NCBI GenBank assembly: GCA_044870765.1
Contig: JBIOZG010000043.1
Span: forward strand, 40,080-104,079
From: Nitrososphaeraceae archaeon
GTDB taxonomy: Archaea; Thermoproteota; Nitrososphaeria; Nitrososphaerales; Nitrososphaeraceae
Length of the DNA: 64,000 nucleotides
Direction of reading: 5' to 3'
The notes beneath the pieces are model-generated. The model was not told the origin of the DNA. It did no database searches and saw only the letters and a list, made by a program, of their open reading frames with translations. Positions 39,946 through 50,057 of this stretch are shown piece by piece (within the stretch, counting starts at the first letter, position 1; every line of letters starts with the position of its first letter). A program made the translations under genes and the position numbers.

Positions 39946-40476
39946 ATGGCATCAAATAAAGAAGTAAAAAATACAGAAAAAATCAATATTGCTCTTGACG
40001 AAACAAAATCAAATGTTAAAAAGACAGCAGATGAAGCAGTAAAGGAAATTCCACGGTTTACTAAAGCCGTTAATGAATATCAAGAAGAGACCATTCAAGC
40101 AACAAAAGATATAGCAGATAATTTTCTAGATTCACAAAAAGAGGTTATTCATTCAATGCAATCCTTATGGGTTCCGTACATTGAGAATGTGCAAAATTCA
40201 TATTTGTCATATTGGGTTTCTCCACAAAGAGTCACTGAAAATTATGCAAGAGCAGTAAGCAATATTACAGACAGTACAATAGTCGCAACCAGATTAGCAA
40301 ACAATTACATATTTGCATCTATGGATGCATGGAAAAATTCAATACAGCACGCAAGAGACAACGCAAAAGAATTTTCACGGCTGAATGCTAATGTCGCAAA
40401 TACATTCGAAAACGCTGCAAGAGACAATCTAAGAGACTTTTCAAGAGAAGTAGAAACACATTCAAGACGACAATAA
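39946..40476 (+). CDS. Alpha-helical hypothetical protein
   Basis: Amphipathic helical pattern, ALDETK...EIPR.T.AVN.YQE; TATA-like element upstream. Confidence 0.75.
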   Translation: MASNKEVKNTEKINIALDETKSNVKKTADEAVKEIPRFTKAVNEYQEETIQATKDIADNFLDSQKEVIHSMQSLWVPYIENVQNSYLSYWVSPQRVTENYARAVSNITDSTIVATRLANNYIFASMDAWKNSIQHARDNAKEFSRLNANVANTFENAARDNLRDFSREVETHSRRQ

Positions 40477-40602
40477 GCGCAACATTGTGATAGATTATTA
40501 AAAATTAATCTATCCACTCTTAATTTTTTATAATAATAAAACCCAATATTCATCATTTTTCACAAACGTATATTTTTAAAGATATTCATAATACATGTAT
40601 AA

Positions 40603-40761
40603 TTGCAACTTTACATTGGGTGTTCGGGCTGGAGTTATACTTCTTGGCAAGGTCCGTTCTATCCACCAAGTCTAGAAAATAGAGCCTGGTTGCCGATATC
40701 TTGGAAAAAAATCTGTTGCTTCAGCAAACTTATTTTTGAGAATCTTTACTGTACAATGTAA
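40603..40761 (+). pseudogene. Truncated DUF72-family gene (N-terminal ~31 codons only)
   Basis: MQLYIGCSGWSYTSWQGPFYPPSLENRAWLP is the DUF72 N-terminal signature; similarity ends at GCCGATAT (40692). Confidence 0.8.
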
Positions 40762-40800
40762 ATGGGCGAGTCAAAGCCTAATAATACAAAAAACAGGACT

Positions 40801-40971
40801 AAGGAAGTAATTTATTGAGTTTTAGAAAATATGAAAAATTCAGCCACTGATATTTGTTCTGTTATTGAGACTAGAATGAATGAAATCATGGATAAGATAA
40901 GAGAAGCCGATTCTATTTTTGAAGTCGATCCATTAGATAGCGAATTAGACAAACTTTCCTTTAAGATATGA
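40801..40971 (+). pseudogene. Relic of a small helical protein gene
   Basis: KEVIY*VLENMKNSATDICSVIETRMNEIMDKI...; in-frame TGA at 40816 and no clean start. Confidence 0.35.
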
Positions 40972-40996
40972 TCTGCAAACTTTTCTATGGATTTTA

Positions 40997-41194
40997 TTAA
41001 TCTTTCATCACTGAATGAGGATAGGGAAATATCCTTATCTTGTCTGAAACGCCAACAGGCAGCCTATCATCGTCTATCTTCCCTATATTTTTGAATGGGT
41101 CATCTGCGAATACCCTTGCTGCAGAAGCACCAATCACAGCGCCAATAATCAGAACTATTGAAAGGACAAGTAACATCTTTGAATCTAAGTTCAT
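40997..41194 (-). CDS. Small secreted/membrane peptide or gene fragment
   Basis: Signal-peptide-like N-terminus in a 65-aa ORF. Confidence 0.45.
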   Translation of the reverse strand: MNLDSKMLLVLSIVLIIGAVIGASAARVFADDPFKNIGKIDDDRLPVGVSDKIRIFPYPHSVMKD

Positions 41195-41820
41195 CTACTT
41201 CCTACAGAATGATTTGATTTATATGAACTCGGATGGATAGATTCTAAATATTATTCAGAATAAAGTTTCTGCATTATTTTCAGTATGCCTGTGCTCAACA
41301 ATATAGTAGAGACTACTTCAGATTATTTACTATAAACGATCAAGCAGCTACTAAAATTATTTTTGCACGGATGCCAACCTAAGTTGTAGTAAGTTTAATT
41401 TATCAACTCTTATTTCTGGAATTTCAACTTTGCCGATATACTCACCCGTAGTACACTTATAATATTCCAAAGTTAGAGGGTGACCACGTGGAGTTTTCAT
41501 GTATATATTATATACATAAGGTTATTTATAAATTATGTATTAATTTTAAATCGAAGCCATACGGATTAGACTTCTATCTTATTTTCATTTAAAACTAATT
41601 TAATACCTACGGCCTCGCTCGGAGTCATTTTTAAGGTTTGATGTTCTCTAGAAAAGTTATAATGTATTTGTAAAAGCGGATACTAGACGAGAGAAATGAA
41701 TTGACAGACGATTTACACTTGATAAGACGTGCAGAGGATAATTACAGGCTTTATAACATTCATACTTTAACATAAAACTAAAGTAATTGTCCCGATATTC
41801 TAAATTCAGGATTAATAAAA

Positions 41821-42039
41821 TTGGTAAAAAACAAAAAACAAATAAAAATAATACACGAGTCCGCTGCAAATTATACGTTTTCGAACACTGGTTTTACAAA
41901 TATTAAGAAAGAGGAAAATGCTGATACTGCAAATAAGACCACACCGAGTACAGAAAAGGAGATACCTAGGGCGCGGTCCATAGATTTGAGAAACTCAAAA
42001 ATTCGACAGAAAAATAGGATAGGTGCCGAACAACTATAA
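41821..42039 (+). CDS. Small hypothetical protein
   Basis: 72-aa hydrophilic ORF with no recognisable motif. Confidence 0.3.
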   Translation: MVKNKKQIKIIHESAANYTFSNTGFTNIKKEENADTANKTTPSTEKEIPRARSIDLRNSKIRQKNRIGAEQL

Positions 42040-42260
42040 ACAAGGTCATTATTCAGTGTACGAATAATAAAGATTTATGACTCACAGTGATGTGAGAGGG
42101 TTTTTTCTATTGGACTTTTATGACCATCTAAATTTCAAATATTTCATTATTTAGGTTAGCTCCAATACCGCTTGCTGCACCTTTCCAAACTACAAACCAT
42201 CTGAATGATAACATACTAGTACTCACTTTATTGGGAATATTCTGTTCTATTAATCATTGA

Positions 42261-42322
42261 GGAAAAGTAACTACCAACCAATAGAACCCTAACACATGCA
42301 CGGTTCTAATCCCGACGAGCTC
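42261..42322 (+). repeat. att-like site A4
   Basis: atagaaccctaacacatgcacGGTTCTAATCCCGACGAGCTC vs tRNA GGTTCGAATCCCGACGGGCCC (3 mismatches in 21). Confidence 0.88.
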
Positions 42323-42387
42323 ATAAAATCTGGATAATTGGATTATTAAAGGATAATTATAGTATCAGAGTCATTCTATTTGCATAT

Positions 42388-44493
42388 TCACACCATAGTA
42401 ACTTTATCATGATATTCTGAAATCTTATCATCTAACATTCCATAATCCTCCTCGCTTAATTTCCCCTTGTAATATAGCCCCGTTATGTTCCTTCTTATTT
42501 TACTTAAACGCTGCAATGATTCCTCTTTATTTTTATCCGACACTTCGTACGCAGCCAGAATCGTTTTGAGATACCTAGATAGATTGCTTCTACGTTTCCT
42601 AGCAATAAACCAGCCAAAAAATGCTGGTAAAATTGTTCCCAACATCACTGGAATTATTAAGTTAGTAGTCAAATACTCAGATGGAATTACTTCCTTGAAA
42701 TTAGCGACTAGTGTTCCATAATGAGTAACTGGCAATGTTATCTCAGGATTATTTTTTGATGGGGTAGCCAGATCACCAGACCAACTATCAAATACAATCG
42801 GAGGGAAAATACCTAAAAAGCTGTTGGGCCTGGCTTGACAATTAAGCCGAGTGTTAATGTCATTCTTGATGTAAGAATTTGCAATTTGATTTTCGTTGCA
42901 ATATATGTAACCGGAATCCGGAGGGTATATGTTAAAGCTTGTACCAACGATTATCCTGTTTGTAGTACCGTTGACCATAGTAACTGTATTTGAGCGAAAA
43001 TTGACTACGTAAATTGTGTTTGTATCCGGGTCGATAGTCAGTCCCTGAGGTCCTTTCCCTACAGTTATATTCGTTAATACTTTATCGGTTGAGCCGTTTA
43101 TTACCGAAACTGAATCGGAATCCGAGTTTGCAACGTATATCATGTTTGTATATAGATTGTTGCCCATGCTATAGGGGTCTGAACCTACACTTATGTTGTG
43201 TACCACCCTATGTGTTGAGCCATCTATTACCGAAACTGAATCGGAATCCGAGTTTGCAACGTATATCATGTTTGTATTCGGATTAACTGTTAATGCAGCA
43301 GGACTATCTCCCACGGTTATGTTGGCTTCAATCTTATTCGTGGTTCCGTCTATTACCGAAACTGAATCAGAATCTGTCTTAGCTACGTATACAATATTTC
43401 TAAATAAATCAACTGCCAAACCAATGCCTGCAATATCGTTGTTGGGCATTCCACCTAGAGTGATATTGGCCTTTACGAGATTTGTAAGTCCATCTATTAC
43501 AGAGACAGTATTAGAACGAAAATTGGCTACGTAAATTGTGTTTGTATCTGGATTTACAGCTACTTCTATGGGATTTGTGCCTACCTTGATTGTATCAACT
43601 ACTCTGTTTGTTGCACCATCAATTACGGAGACAGTATTAGAACGAAAATTGGCTACGTAAATTGTATTTTCAAACTGATTGACGGCTATGCCGTATGGAA
43701 GATTATCTACGGTAATGTTGGCGACTAATCTATCATTCGTGGTATCAATTGAGGAGATTGTGTTAGAACGAGAGTTGCTTACATATAGTATCTTTGTATT
43801 AGGGTTAATTGCTACTGCAACAGGTACGCCGCCAACCTTAATGCCTGCTATTCCCAAGATGTGTTGGCCAATCTGATCTACGTTACCTATTTCCTGAGGA
43901 ATCTGTGAATTACTCTCTAATGGTAAATTAATCTGAAGTGAGCCAATCATTTTTTCCACGGTAGGCAAATACTTGAAAAATTCTGCCATTTGTGCGTGAT
44001 AGACTATAAAGTATCCTATACCATTTTTTATTGTAATCCACTCCGTTCTTTCGATATTGTCCAGTCCATCTTGATAATCATATGTTATTTTGTACGCTAG
44101 ATTATTTGCTAATGTTGTTTGGACTAAGTCGATAAGCTTGAAATCCTGAAAATTTTGTCTATAGTAATTTATTTCCCTGCTGATTAATTCATGCGTCCGC
44201 ATATTTTCTGAACTTACTACAATTATATCAAGGTAGTCTCGTATCTTATCTGAGTAACTAATTGAGTCCGGAATGAATGTGATTCTACCATGACTATGTG
44301 TTACTTCCCAATCAGAAGGGTAGTACATTGTTACCCCATAAGTATCACTTTTATATAATATGAAATCATTTGTCTGTAAATCTGTGCTCCTCTCATCTGC
44401 TGTTGCTGATAGATGAGGATTACTCATAATAGTAACTATATTTAGGAACACTATTACTGATCCGAACGCCTTGAAGTATAGTGAAACAGTCAC
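42388..44493 (-). CDS. Surface protein: PsbP-like domain, YVTN/YncE beta-propeller and C-terminal TM
   Basis: YPSDW..MI.S domain; about 7 repeats of P..IAVNP.TN.IYVAN..S..VSVIDG.T. Confidence 0.88.
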   Translation of the reverse strand: MTVSLYFKAFGSVIVFLNIVTIMSNPHLSATADERSTDLQTNDFILYKSDTYGVTMYYPSDWEVTHSHGRITFIPDSISYSDKIRDYLDIIVVSSENMRTHELISREINYYRQNFQDFKLIDLVQTTLANNLAYKITYDYQDGLDNIERTEWITIKNGIGYFIVYHAQMAEFFKYLPTVEKMIGSLQINLPLESNSQIPQEIGNVDQIGQHILGIAGIKVGGVPVAVAINPNTKILYVSNSRSNTISSIDTTNDRLVANITVDNLPYGIAVNQFENTIYVANFRSNTVSVIDGATNRVVDTIKVGTNPIEVAVNPDTNTIYVANFRSNTVSVIDGLTNLVKANITLGGMPNNDIAGIGLAVDLFRNIVYVAKTDSDSVSVIDGTTNKIEANITVGDSPAALTVNPNTNMIYVANSDSDSVSVIDGSTHRVVHNISVGSDPYSMGNNLYTNMIYVANSDSDSVSVINGSTDKVLTNITVGKGPQGLTIDPDTNTIYVVNFRSNTVTMVNGTTNRIIVGTSFNIYPPDSGYIYCNENQIANSYIKNDINTRLNCQARPNSFLGIFPPIVFDSWSGDLATPSKNNPEITLPVTHYGTLVANFKEVIPSEYLTTNLIIPVMLGTILPAFFGWFIARKRRSNLSRYLKTILAAYEVSDKNKEESLQRLSKIRRNITGLYYKGKLSEEDYGMLDDKISEYHDKVTMV

Positions 44494-46040
44494 CCTATTT
44501 CTCCTCCGGTTGGCGCATCTTTGGGAAGGAAAGGTAGCAGGGAAGTTTCAGCTTTATTGTCGCCTATTTGAATCGAGTTTATCATTTTTTGTACGACTGG
44601 AAGATAGTAAGTATACTTGGGTGATTCTGCTGTATATCCAATAATGTAGGCTGAGTCATCTTTGATTGTAAGGATGACCATTTCTTGAAGGGTCCCAACT
44701 CTATCATCCGTATATATATAGACAAGAGAATTGGCGGGAATTCCACCAAGAACAGTGTCACTTGAATTAATAATTTGGAAGCTCGGCAAATTCGCCTTAG
44801 CCTCTCCTACGATTTCGTCCGTTAATGCGGATAAGGAATTCTTATACGGGACTTTAAGAACTCGCAAAGCCTCTTCAAATTTATCCGAACTACTTTCAGA
44901 TGGAGATTTGAAGGTAACATTATTAGCATTTTCCGTTATTTGCCAGTCGTGAGGATAATTTACACTTACCGACTTTTCGTCACTTTTATAAGACGTAAAA
45001 GGTTGGGGCGTTAATGGCGGCTTCTGTATACCTTGGCCGGTATCAGGGCCTGGAGTAGTGCTTGCGCCTGTATCAGGGCCTGGAGTAGTGCTTGCGCCTG
45101 TATCAGGGGTAGAAATTGATCCTATTATTGTTACCGATTCGACATCTAAAACTGGTTCAGCTATCAAACACCAAGCTTTGCCACTTGAACATATGTCCTC
45201 TTGATCCTCATAAGTAATGGTGCAGGTGAAGATTTGATGAATTTGGCCGCTAGGACAATTGGAGCCCAGTGACTCAGTGTAATGATGAGGACGCTTTGTG
45301 ATCACACTAAATTCACCCCCTCCAGAGAATTCAACTTTAGTACCAGGAGAGTCAGCACCGCTAAAGGAAGTAGGAGACGCTTTACCCTCGCTCACTTTAA
45401 TTGTTAACTTAAAATCTTGTGGTTGTTTAGAACCTCCATTGTCATTTCTTACTTGTACTATAAATGTTCCTGTTGACTTAAATTCTGCCTTGCAATCAGA
45501 ATCCTCATCGTCTATTTTACCATCGTCATCATCGTCTTCGCCGTTACCACAGATCTCTTTTTTGTCTCCTTGTTGTTCCTTGCATTGTGAATCCTCGTTG
45601 TCTATTTTACCATCGCCATCATCGTCTTCGCCGTTACCACATATCTCTTTTTTGTCTCCTTGTTGTTCCTTGCAGTGTGAATCCTCATCGTCTATTTTAC
45701 CATCGTCATCATCGTCCTCGCCGTTACCACAGATCTCTTCCATTTCAACAGATTGTTCTTCTTCTCCATCAGAACTTTCTTCTTCTCCATCAGAACTTTC
45801 TTCTTCTCCATCAGAACTTTCTTCTTCTTCATCAGAACTTTCTTCTTCTTCATCAGAACTTTCTTCTTCTACTCCGTCCTCTATATCGGAGCTCGAATTG
45901 GAATAAACCACAGGAAGGTTAGTAATAGTTAATCCAATAAGCAAAAATCCTAGTGCCGCAAGTATTAATAACTTATTTTTTTGCAGGGTCTTGTGAATAG
46001 CATTTTTCTCTTTCGATGCCCGGAATCTTACGATTTCCAA
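44490..46040 (-). CDS. Secreted protein with acidic/Ca-binding-like repeats and C-terminal PsbP-like domain
   Basis: EEESSDG repeats, 3x EICGNGEDDD.DGKID.EDS.C, Ig-like region and YPHDW...MINSIQI domain. Confidence 0.82.
   Translation of the reverse strand: MEIVRFRASKEKNAIHKTLQKNKLLILAALGFLLIGLTITNLPVVYSNSSSDIEDGVEEESSDEEEESSDEEEESSDGEEESSDGEEESSDGEEEQSVEMEEICGNGEDDDDDGKIDDEDSHCKEQQGDKKEICGNGEDDDGDGKIDNEDSQCKEQQGDKKEICGNGEDDDDDGKIDDEDSDCKAEFKSTGTFIVQVRNDNGGSKQPQDFKLTIKVSEGKASPTSFSGADSPGTKVEFSGGGEFSVITKRPHHYTESLGSNCPSGQIHQIFTCTITYEDQEDICSSGKAWCLIAEPVLDVESVTIIGSISTPDTGASTTPGPDTGASTTPGPDTGQGIQKPPLTPQPFTSYKSDEKSVSVNYPHDWQITENANNVTFKSPSESSSDKFEEALRVLKVPYKNSLSALTDEIVGEAKANLPSFQIINSSDTVLGGIPANSLVYIYTDDRVGTLQEMVILTIKDDSAYIIGYTAESPKYTYYLPVVQKMINSIQIGDNKAETSLLPFLPKDAPTGGEIG
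45040..45108. repeat. 30-bp coding tandem repeat (PDTGASTTPG)
   Basis: gtatcagggcctggagtagtgcttgcgcct x2.3. Confidence 0.9.
45499..45739. repeat. 90-bp coding tandem repeat (EICGNGEDDD.DGKID unit)
   Basis: Units start at 45499, 45589 and 45679. Confidence 0.9.
45756..45870. repeat. 21-bp coding tandem repeat (EEESSDG/E)
   Basis: ttcttcttct(c/t)catcagaact, about 5 copies. Confidence 0.9.
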
Positions 46041-46393
46041 TTTTTATCACACATATGACTTTATATCCAGAGACGGAGATTAATGCAATTATTGCAAAGA
46101 GTATTTAAAAATAATAAATCTTTATGATAAATAAGCTCCTTTCCTCAAAGGAATTTCAAAATGGTCAACTAAAATATAAACCTGAAACCTATAATTATAC
46201 TGTGTCAGCCAAAATGGCAGAATCAACTCCTCAATCTGAGGAACTTAATAGTCAAATTCAATATATATTATTTATTTGAATTTACATGAGTAGAATCAGA
46301 ATAGTACCATTCTGCAGTAACTAGTAGAATGAATTGTAAAAAGTTGGATGATAGTTAAAATGTTACATGGGTTGGATAGTTAGATAAAATGCA

Positions 46394-46948
46394 ATGAGCA
46401 CTGTGATTATGCCGAATATAGATCTTGAGGGTAAATGGAAAATGCGGGTGATCCAGGTTCCCAACGGTTTGTTATTGCTTTTGCGAATGTCCATTAAGAT
46501 TGATAGGCCTGCTTTTGGCCTTGATCCTGCCAATGGAATCATGATTAATGGGTCTAAAATTAATGTGTCATTTCAGGATTGTGGGAATATTACTGGGACT
46601 CTAGAACCAAATACAATTAGATGATCCAACGGAATTGTTTGAACAAGGCCAATTGATGTTGCGACTAATCTAGTGGACCTTTGGGATTTTGGTGAACCTG
46701 GGCATGCAAATATTTCTGTGTCAGGAACATCCTCTACAATTGATATGTCCAATTTTGGCGTTGGAGATGGCCATGGCACAATAGAAAATGATTCTTTCAG
46801 AGTAAACTTTGCGGACGGATCGAATTTTGTTGGTACCATAGAAAGTCAACACAAAATAAAATGGTCCAACGGAACTGTTTGGACGAAGTTCATCCCGAAG
46901 GTTGAAGAGGATGAACACTATTTTATAGGACACAACTATGATTTATGA
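46394..46948 (+). pseudogene. Disrupted two-repeat beta-sheet protein gene
   Basis: ORFs 46394 and 46673 share a frame, joined by TIR*SNGIV*TR, which aligns with KIKWSNGTVWTK in the second repeat. Confidence 0.75.
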
Positions 46949-46983
46949 TGACTGATGTTTATGAGATCTTATATTATTAATTC

Positions 46984-47430
46984 GTGGTAATGATATCGAG
47001 ATTAATGGCATCCTATGAAATTGCTTTGGTCCTTGCGATTGGCGCGGTAATAGGTGCAACTATCTTTAGAACGTTAATTCCTATTACTACCAAGATAATG
47101 GCCGAAATACAACTATCAACAAAGGAAAACAGGGCCCCAGTCATTCCTAAAATGCACTGGATCTGGTGGCTTGGAGCGGGAATAAATATAATTTTTGTTG
47201 GATTTCCAGTGTTCGCAACGATTGACCAACTTGTACAACCTATCTTAAATGTAACAAGTCCCTTAGTCGCCTTCTTTATTGTCTGGGGACTTGCGCAAAG
47301 CGCTCAAGAAGCTATATTTAGAATGATGGATTCCGGAGTAGATGGTAAAGACACCAAACCCGTTCCCGTTGTGATGAAGTCAACGTCTGTATCAACTCCA
47401 ACGATTGCAGTAGAGTCAAAAAAACCATAA
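46984..47430 (+). CDS. Small multi-pass membrane protein
   Basis: Three hydrophobic segments and a polar tail; oligo-T terminator follows. Confidence 0.65.
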   Translation: MVMISRLMASYEIALVLAIGAVIGATIFRTLIPITTKIMAEIQLSTKENRAPVIPKMHWIWWLGAGINIIFVGFPVFATIDQLVQPILNVTSPLVAFFIVWGLAQSAQEAIFRMMDSGVDGKDTKPVPVVMKSTSVSTPTIAVESKKP

Positions 47431-48016
47431 ATAAAAAATTCCCTATATCTTTTTTTTCAGTTCAAGTGTAAGAGGAAATTATATTACTTTTATGCCATTT
47501 TTGCTTGGTTGTACACACGCTTGTTGACTCGATCATTACGACAACTACTGGGAACATTCCCTAATTTATTTAAAAAGTTTTTCCAAGTGAGAGAATGTCG
47601 TCAAATACCAAGGGTTATTCAGAATAAAAAACTCTTACTCCACCAAAACCAATATTAATTTCTCCATCTATATATTGTAATACAAGCTCTCTTTATAAAG
47701 AAACTAGATTTTTCTACCTTTCTCAAATTTTTCTAGCATTAAATTGTATCAAATGTAAATTCAGCTTCACCTCTAGTTCTAGGAAATTCACCTGCTTCTT
47801 GAGTGTGATATTTCTGAATTTTCCAAAGAAAACTGGTCGAGGAATTCATGTAACGTCGCATCAAGTTCTAATCAATAAGTTGTCCCCAAATGATCTCTGT
47901 AAATAGAATCTGAAATTTCCCATATAAATTAAAACAGCTGGTATCAGTCCGTAGCCAATAACGAAACCCCCTACCTACTAATAATACTTATTTGGGCCAT
48001 ATCAAATTAATCCCCG

Positions 48017-48814
48017 TTGACCGAGCTATTACAGGAAATACGTAGTGAATATCAGGATTATGCACTATTTCCAGTGGAATATAAAAAAAAGGTAGATTCA
48101 ATATCAAATCTGTTTGGATTAACAAATAAAAATAGACTTAAAACAGACTATTGTCCCCTATTCGTAATTGGAAAATATCAAACTGCTCCAATTATCTTCT
48201 TTGGAGTAAATCCTGGCTATTCTTCAAAGAATAGTCCTATAGAAGAAAACGAAGCAAGTAAATCATGGGAACACTACCAAAGCCTCTATCTCAATTTTTT
48301 TCAATACTTTTCCCGTCATAAATTTGAATCACCCTTCTATACTGCTTTATGGTATCTGATTTCCGGACTGACTGGAACCAACTATCCCATAAAAAGGAAA
48401 TGGGCATTATTTGATAAGTATCTCTGCAATTTGGAACTAATACCCTACCATTCAGAGCGGATTACATTTCCAACCATACTCAAAGAGAAACAACTAGAAT
48501 ATCTGAAGAATCGTTTTACTATTAACATTGAATTCATTAAAGATTTCAATCCTAAATTGCTAATTTTTAATGGCAAGATTTGGAAGACTCTCTTGATCAA
48601 CTATGATCTAACTGAACATTCTGTTAGGTCTCCAATCACGAATCAATTCACCATGTATTCTTTTGAGCTAGATGGCATTCCATCAGTGCTTTTTGATCGG
48701 TTTTTCCAAAGACACTTCCGGGGAATCACGAATGATGATAGGATGTTTACTATTCCAAAACTTATTCATGATAGATTTAATAACCTAAGGGAAAATCTCT
48801 GCCGTCTAAACTAA
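48017..48814 (+). CDS. Uracil-DNA glycosylase-like superfamily protein
   Basis: IIFFGVNPG, NLELIPYHS and NPKLLIFNGK match UDG-fold motif spacing. Confidence 0.65.
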   Translation: MTELLQEIRSEYQDYALFPVEYKKKVDSISNLFGLTNKNRLKTDYCPLFVIGKYQTAPIIFFGVNPGYSSKNSPIEENEASKSWEHYQSLYLNFFQYFSRHKFESPFYTALWYLISGLTGTNYPIKRKWALFDKYLCNLELIPYHSERITFPTILKEKQLEYLKNRFTINIEFIKDFNPKLLIFNGKIWKTLLINYDLTEHSVRSPITNQFTMYSFELDGIPSVLFDRFFQRHFRGITNDDRMFTIPKLIHDRFNNLRENLCRLN

Positions 48815-49298
48815 TACCTCATAAATAGTCATTAACTCGAATCTAAATCATCATAGTTTTTGCTTGCGTTCATACTGAAATCTCAATCATATCCATCAAT
48901 AATTCCGGACTCATCTCTTACGGCCCAGACCATCGAACTTAAGGAGTGAAAATCCTTAAAACTTAAAACTTAATTAATCAATATCGTATTGGGATAACGT
49001 TCTTCATAAAAATACTAGATATTCTTAATCCGACTAATATGAAAAATCAAATTCGCCTCGACGCACTAACTCAATCCACTGGACTAGGTAACAAATCCGA
49101 TCCAAGAAAATTAACTGATTCGCAAGAAGATGAAAAGACTTAAAGAACAAATAGAAAAAGAAAAAGATCCCGAAGTTAAAGCAGAAGTAAAAAAAAGGAA
49201 ATATTGTTACTGTAATAGAAGATTCTATGGATTATTAGGAAATTTACATGTTGAGAGGATCAAAAATTGTGCTCAAAATATTATAGAGGTTGGGATTA

Positions 49299-49757
49299 CT
49301 ATTGTTCGAGACGATTAAACATACCTGTGATAAGGTTTCCACCGTGGCTAATTAGGCTCATAAACTCCTTACCAAGAGGTTCTAGGCTTTTGTCTGACAT
49401 CATCTTTGCGTAAACTTCTTTACTGTGATTTTGATCTCTAAAGTATTGTAGCTCCATCCAAATATCTTCATCTTCGGCAGCAAGGGTTTTAGTAATATTT
49501 TCCATAATATACATTCCAGATGCATTTGCAGATTCTATTGTTTCTTGGGTATCTTTTCCAGCAAGATGATAGTATTCAAGTCTTACTCCATTACTTACAA
49601 ACCATGGAATAAACTTCTTAAGGTTCTGTGAGATAGCGTTGTGGTTCTTTTTTGGAACTCTGTAAAAGTAAGCTGCAAGGTAACCTCCAGCATCGAGTTC
49701 TTTTGAAGAATTTGTATCTGACATGATTATTACTATTGATACGTTACATATAAACAC
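49299..49757 (-). CDS. DUF1428-like dimeric alpha/beta barrel protein
   Basis: FYRVPKKNH.A ... W.ELQY.RD..H...V...M; likely start at 49724. Confidence 0.65.
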   Translation of the reverse strand: MFICNVSIVIIMSDTNSSKELDAGGYLAAYFYRVPKKNHNAISQNLKKFIPWFVSNGVRLEYYHLAGKDTQETIESANASGMYIMENITKTLAAEDEDIWMELQYFRDQNHSKEVYAKMMSDKSLEPLGKEFMSLISHGGNLITGMFNRLEQ

Positions 49758-49772
49758 AAATTTTAAGCAATA

Positions 49773-49928
49773 TTAATCTTCATGCCTAGGCATTGGGTAG
49801 ACTTCGCCATTTTTTCCGTATTCTTGCCAGCATGTATCATGAAAGAGATATAACATATCAAGGTGCCCAATGTCCATGTTAATATCGCAGTACTTGCAAA
49901 TTCTAGAGCCCTGGAAATAATTTTCCAT
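49773..49928 (-). CDS. Small putative zinc-binding protein, 51 aa (missing from the ORF track)
   Basis: MENYFQGSRICKYCDINMDIGHLDMLYLFHDTCWQEYGKNGEVYPMPRHED; CxxC and HxxC. Confidence 0.5.
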   Translation of the reverse strand: MENYFQGSRICKYCDINMDIGHLDMLYLFHDTCWQEYGKNGEVYPMPRHED

Positions 49929-50057
49929 TATTAAATTTCGTCATCTACTGTAACCTTACAAACTGAGTCTAAATGCGTCTAGTAAATCATCATAACTAGT
50001 TTGATCTCTGTCAAGGGAATTTCGACTATCGATGATTTATCTATCAATATCTTGATA

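Noticed and set aside
45040-45870. Tandem repeats as CRISPR or a non-coding array
   Set aside because: Unit lengths are multiples of 3, contiguous, spacer-less and in frame in the 44490-46040 gene.
45298-45922. Long + strand ORFs (202 aa and 111 aa), and similar antisense ORFs such as 53377-54033, 57254-57676 and 31555-31950
   Set aside because: Shadow frames of well-supported opposite-strand genes with low-complexity or mirror composition.
46622-46642. Genome-wide UGA recoding (Trp or selenocysteine)
   Set aside because: TGA terminates ordinary genes here (e.g. thrS at 8857), the positions align to Trp rather than Cys, and the locus shows other decay.
47846-47875. Possible additional degenerate A site (..gcatcaagttctaatc)
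   Set aside because: Only a short GTTCTAATC match, without the AAAGCTAAATA head, AGAACCC box or CCGA core.
49039-49318. ORF 49130-49318 as an intact gene
   Set aside because: It appears frameshifted at an A-run (..EVKK then GNIVTVIEDSMDY* in another frame) and overlaps the next gene; probably a relic that I cannot assign.
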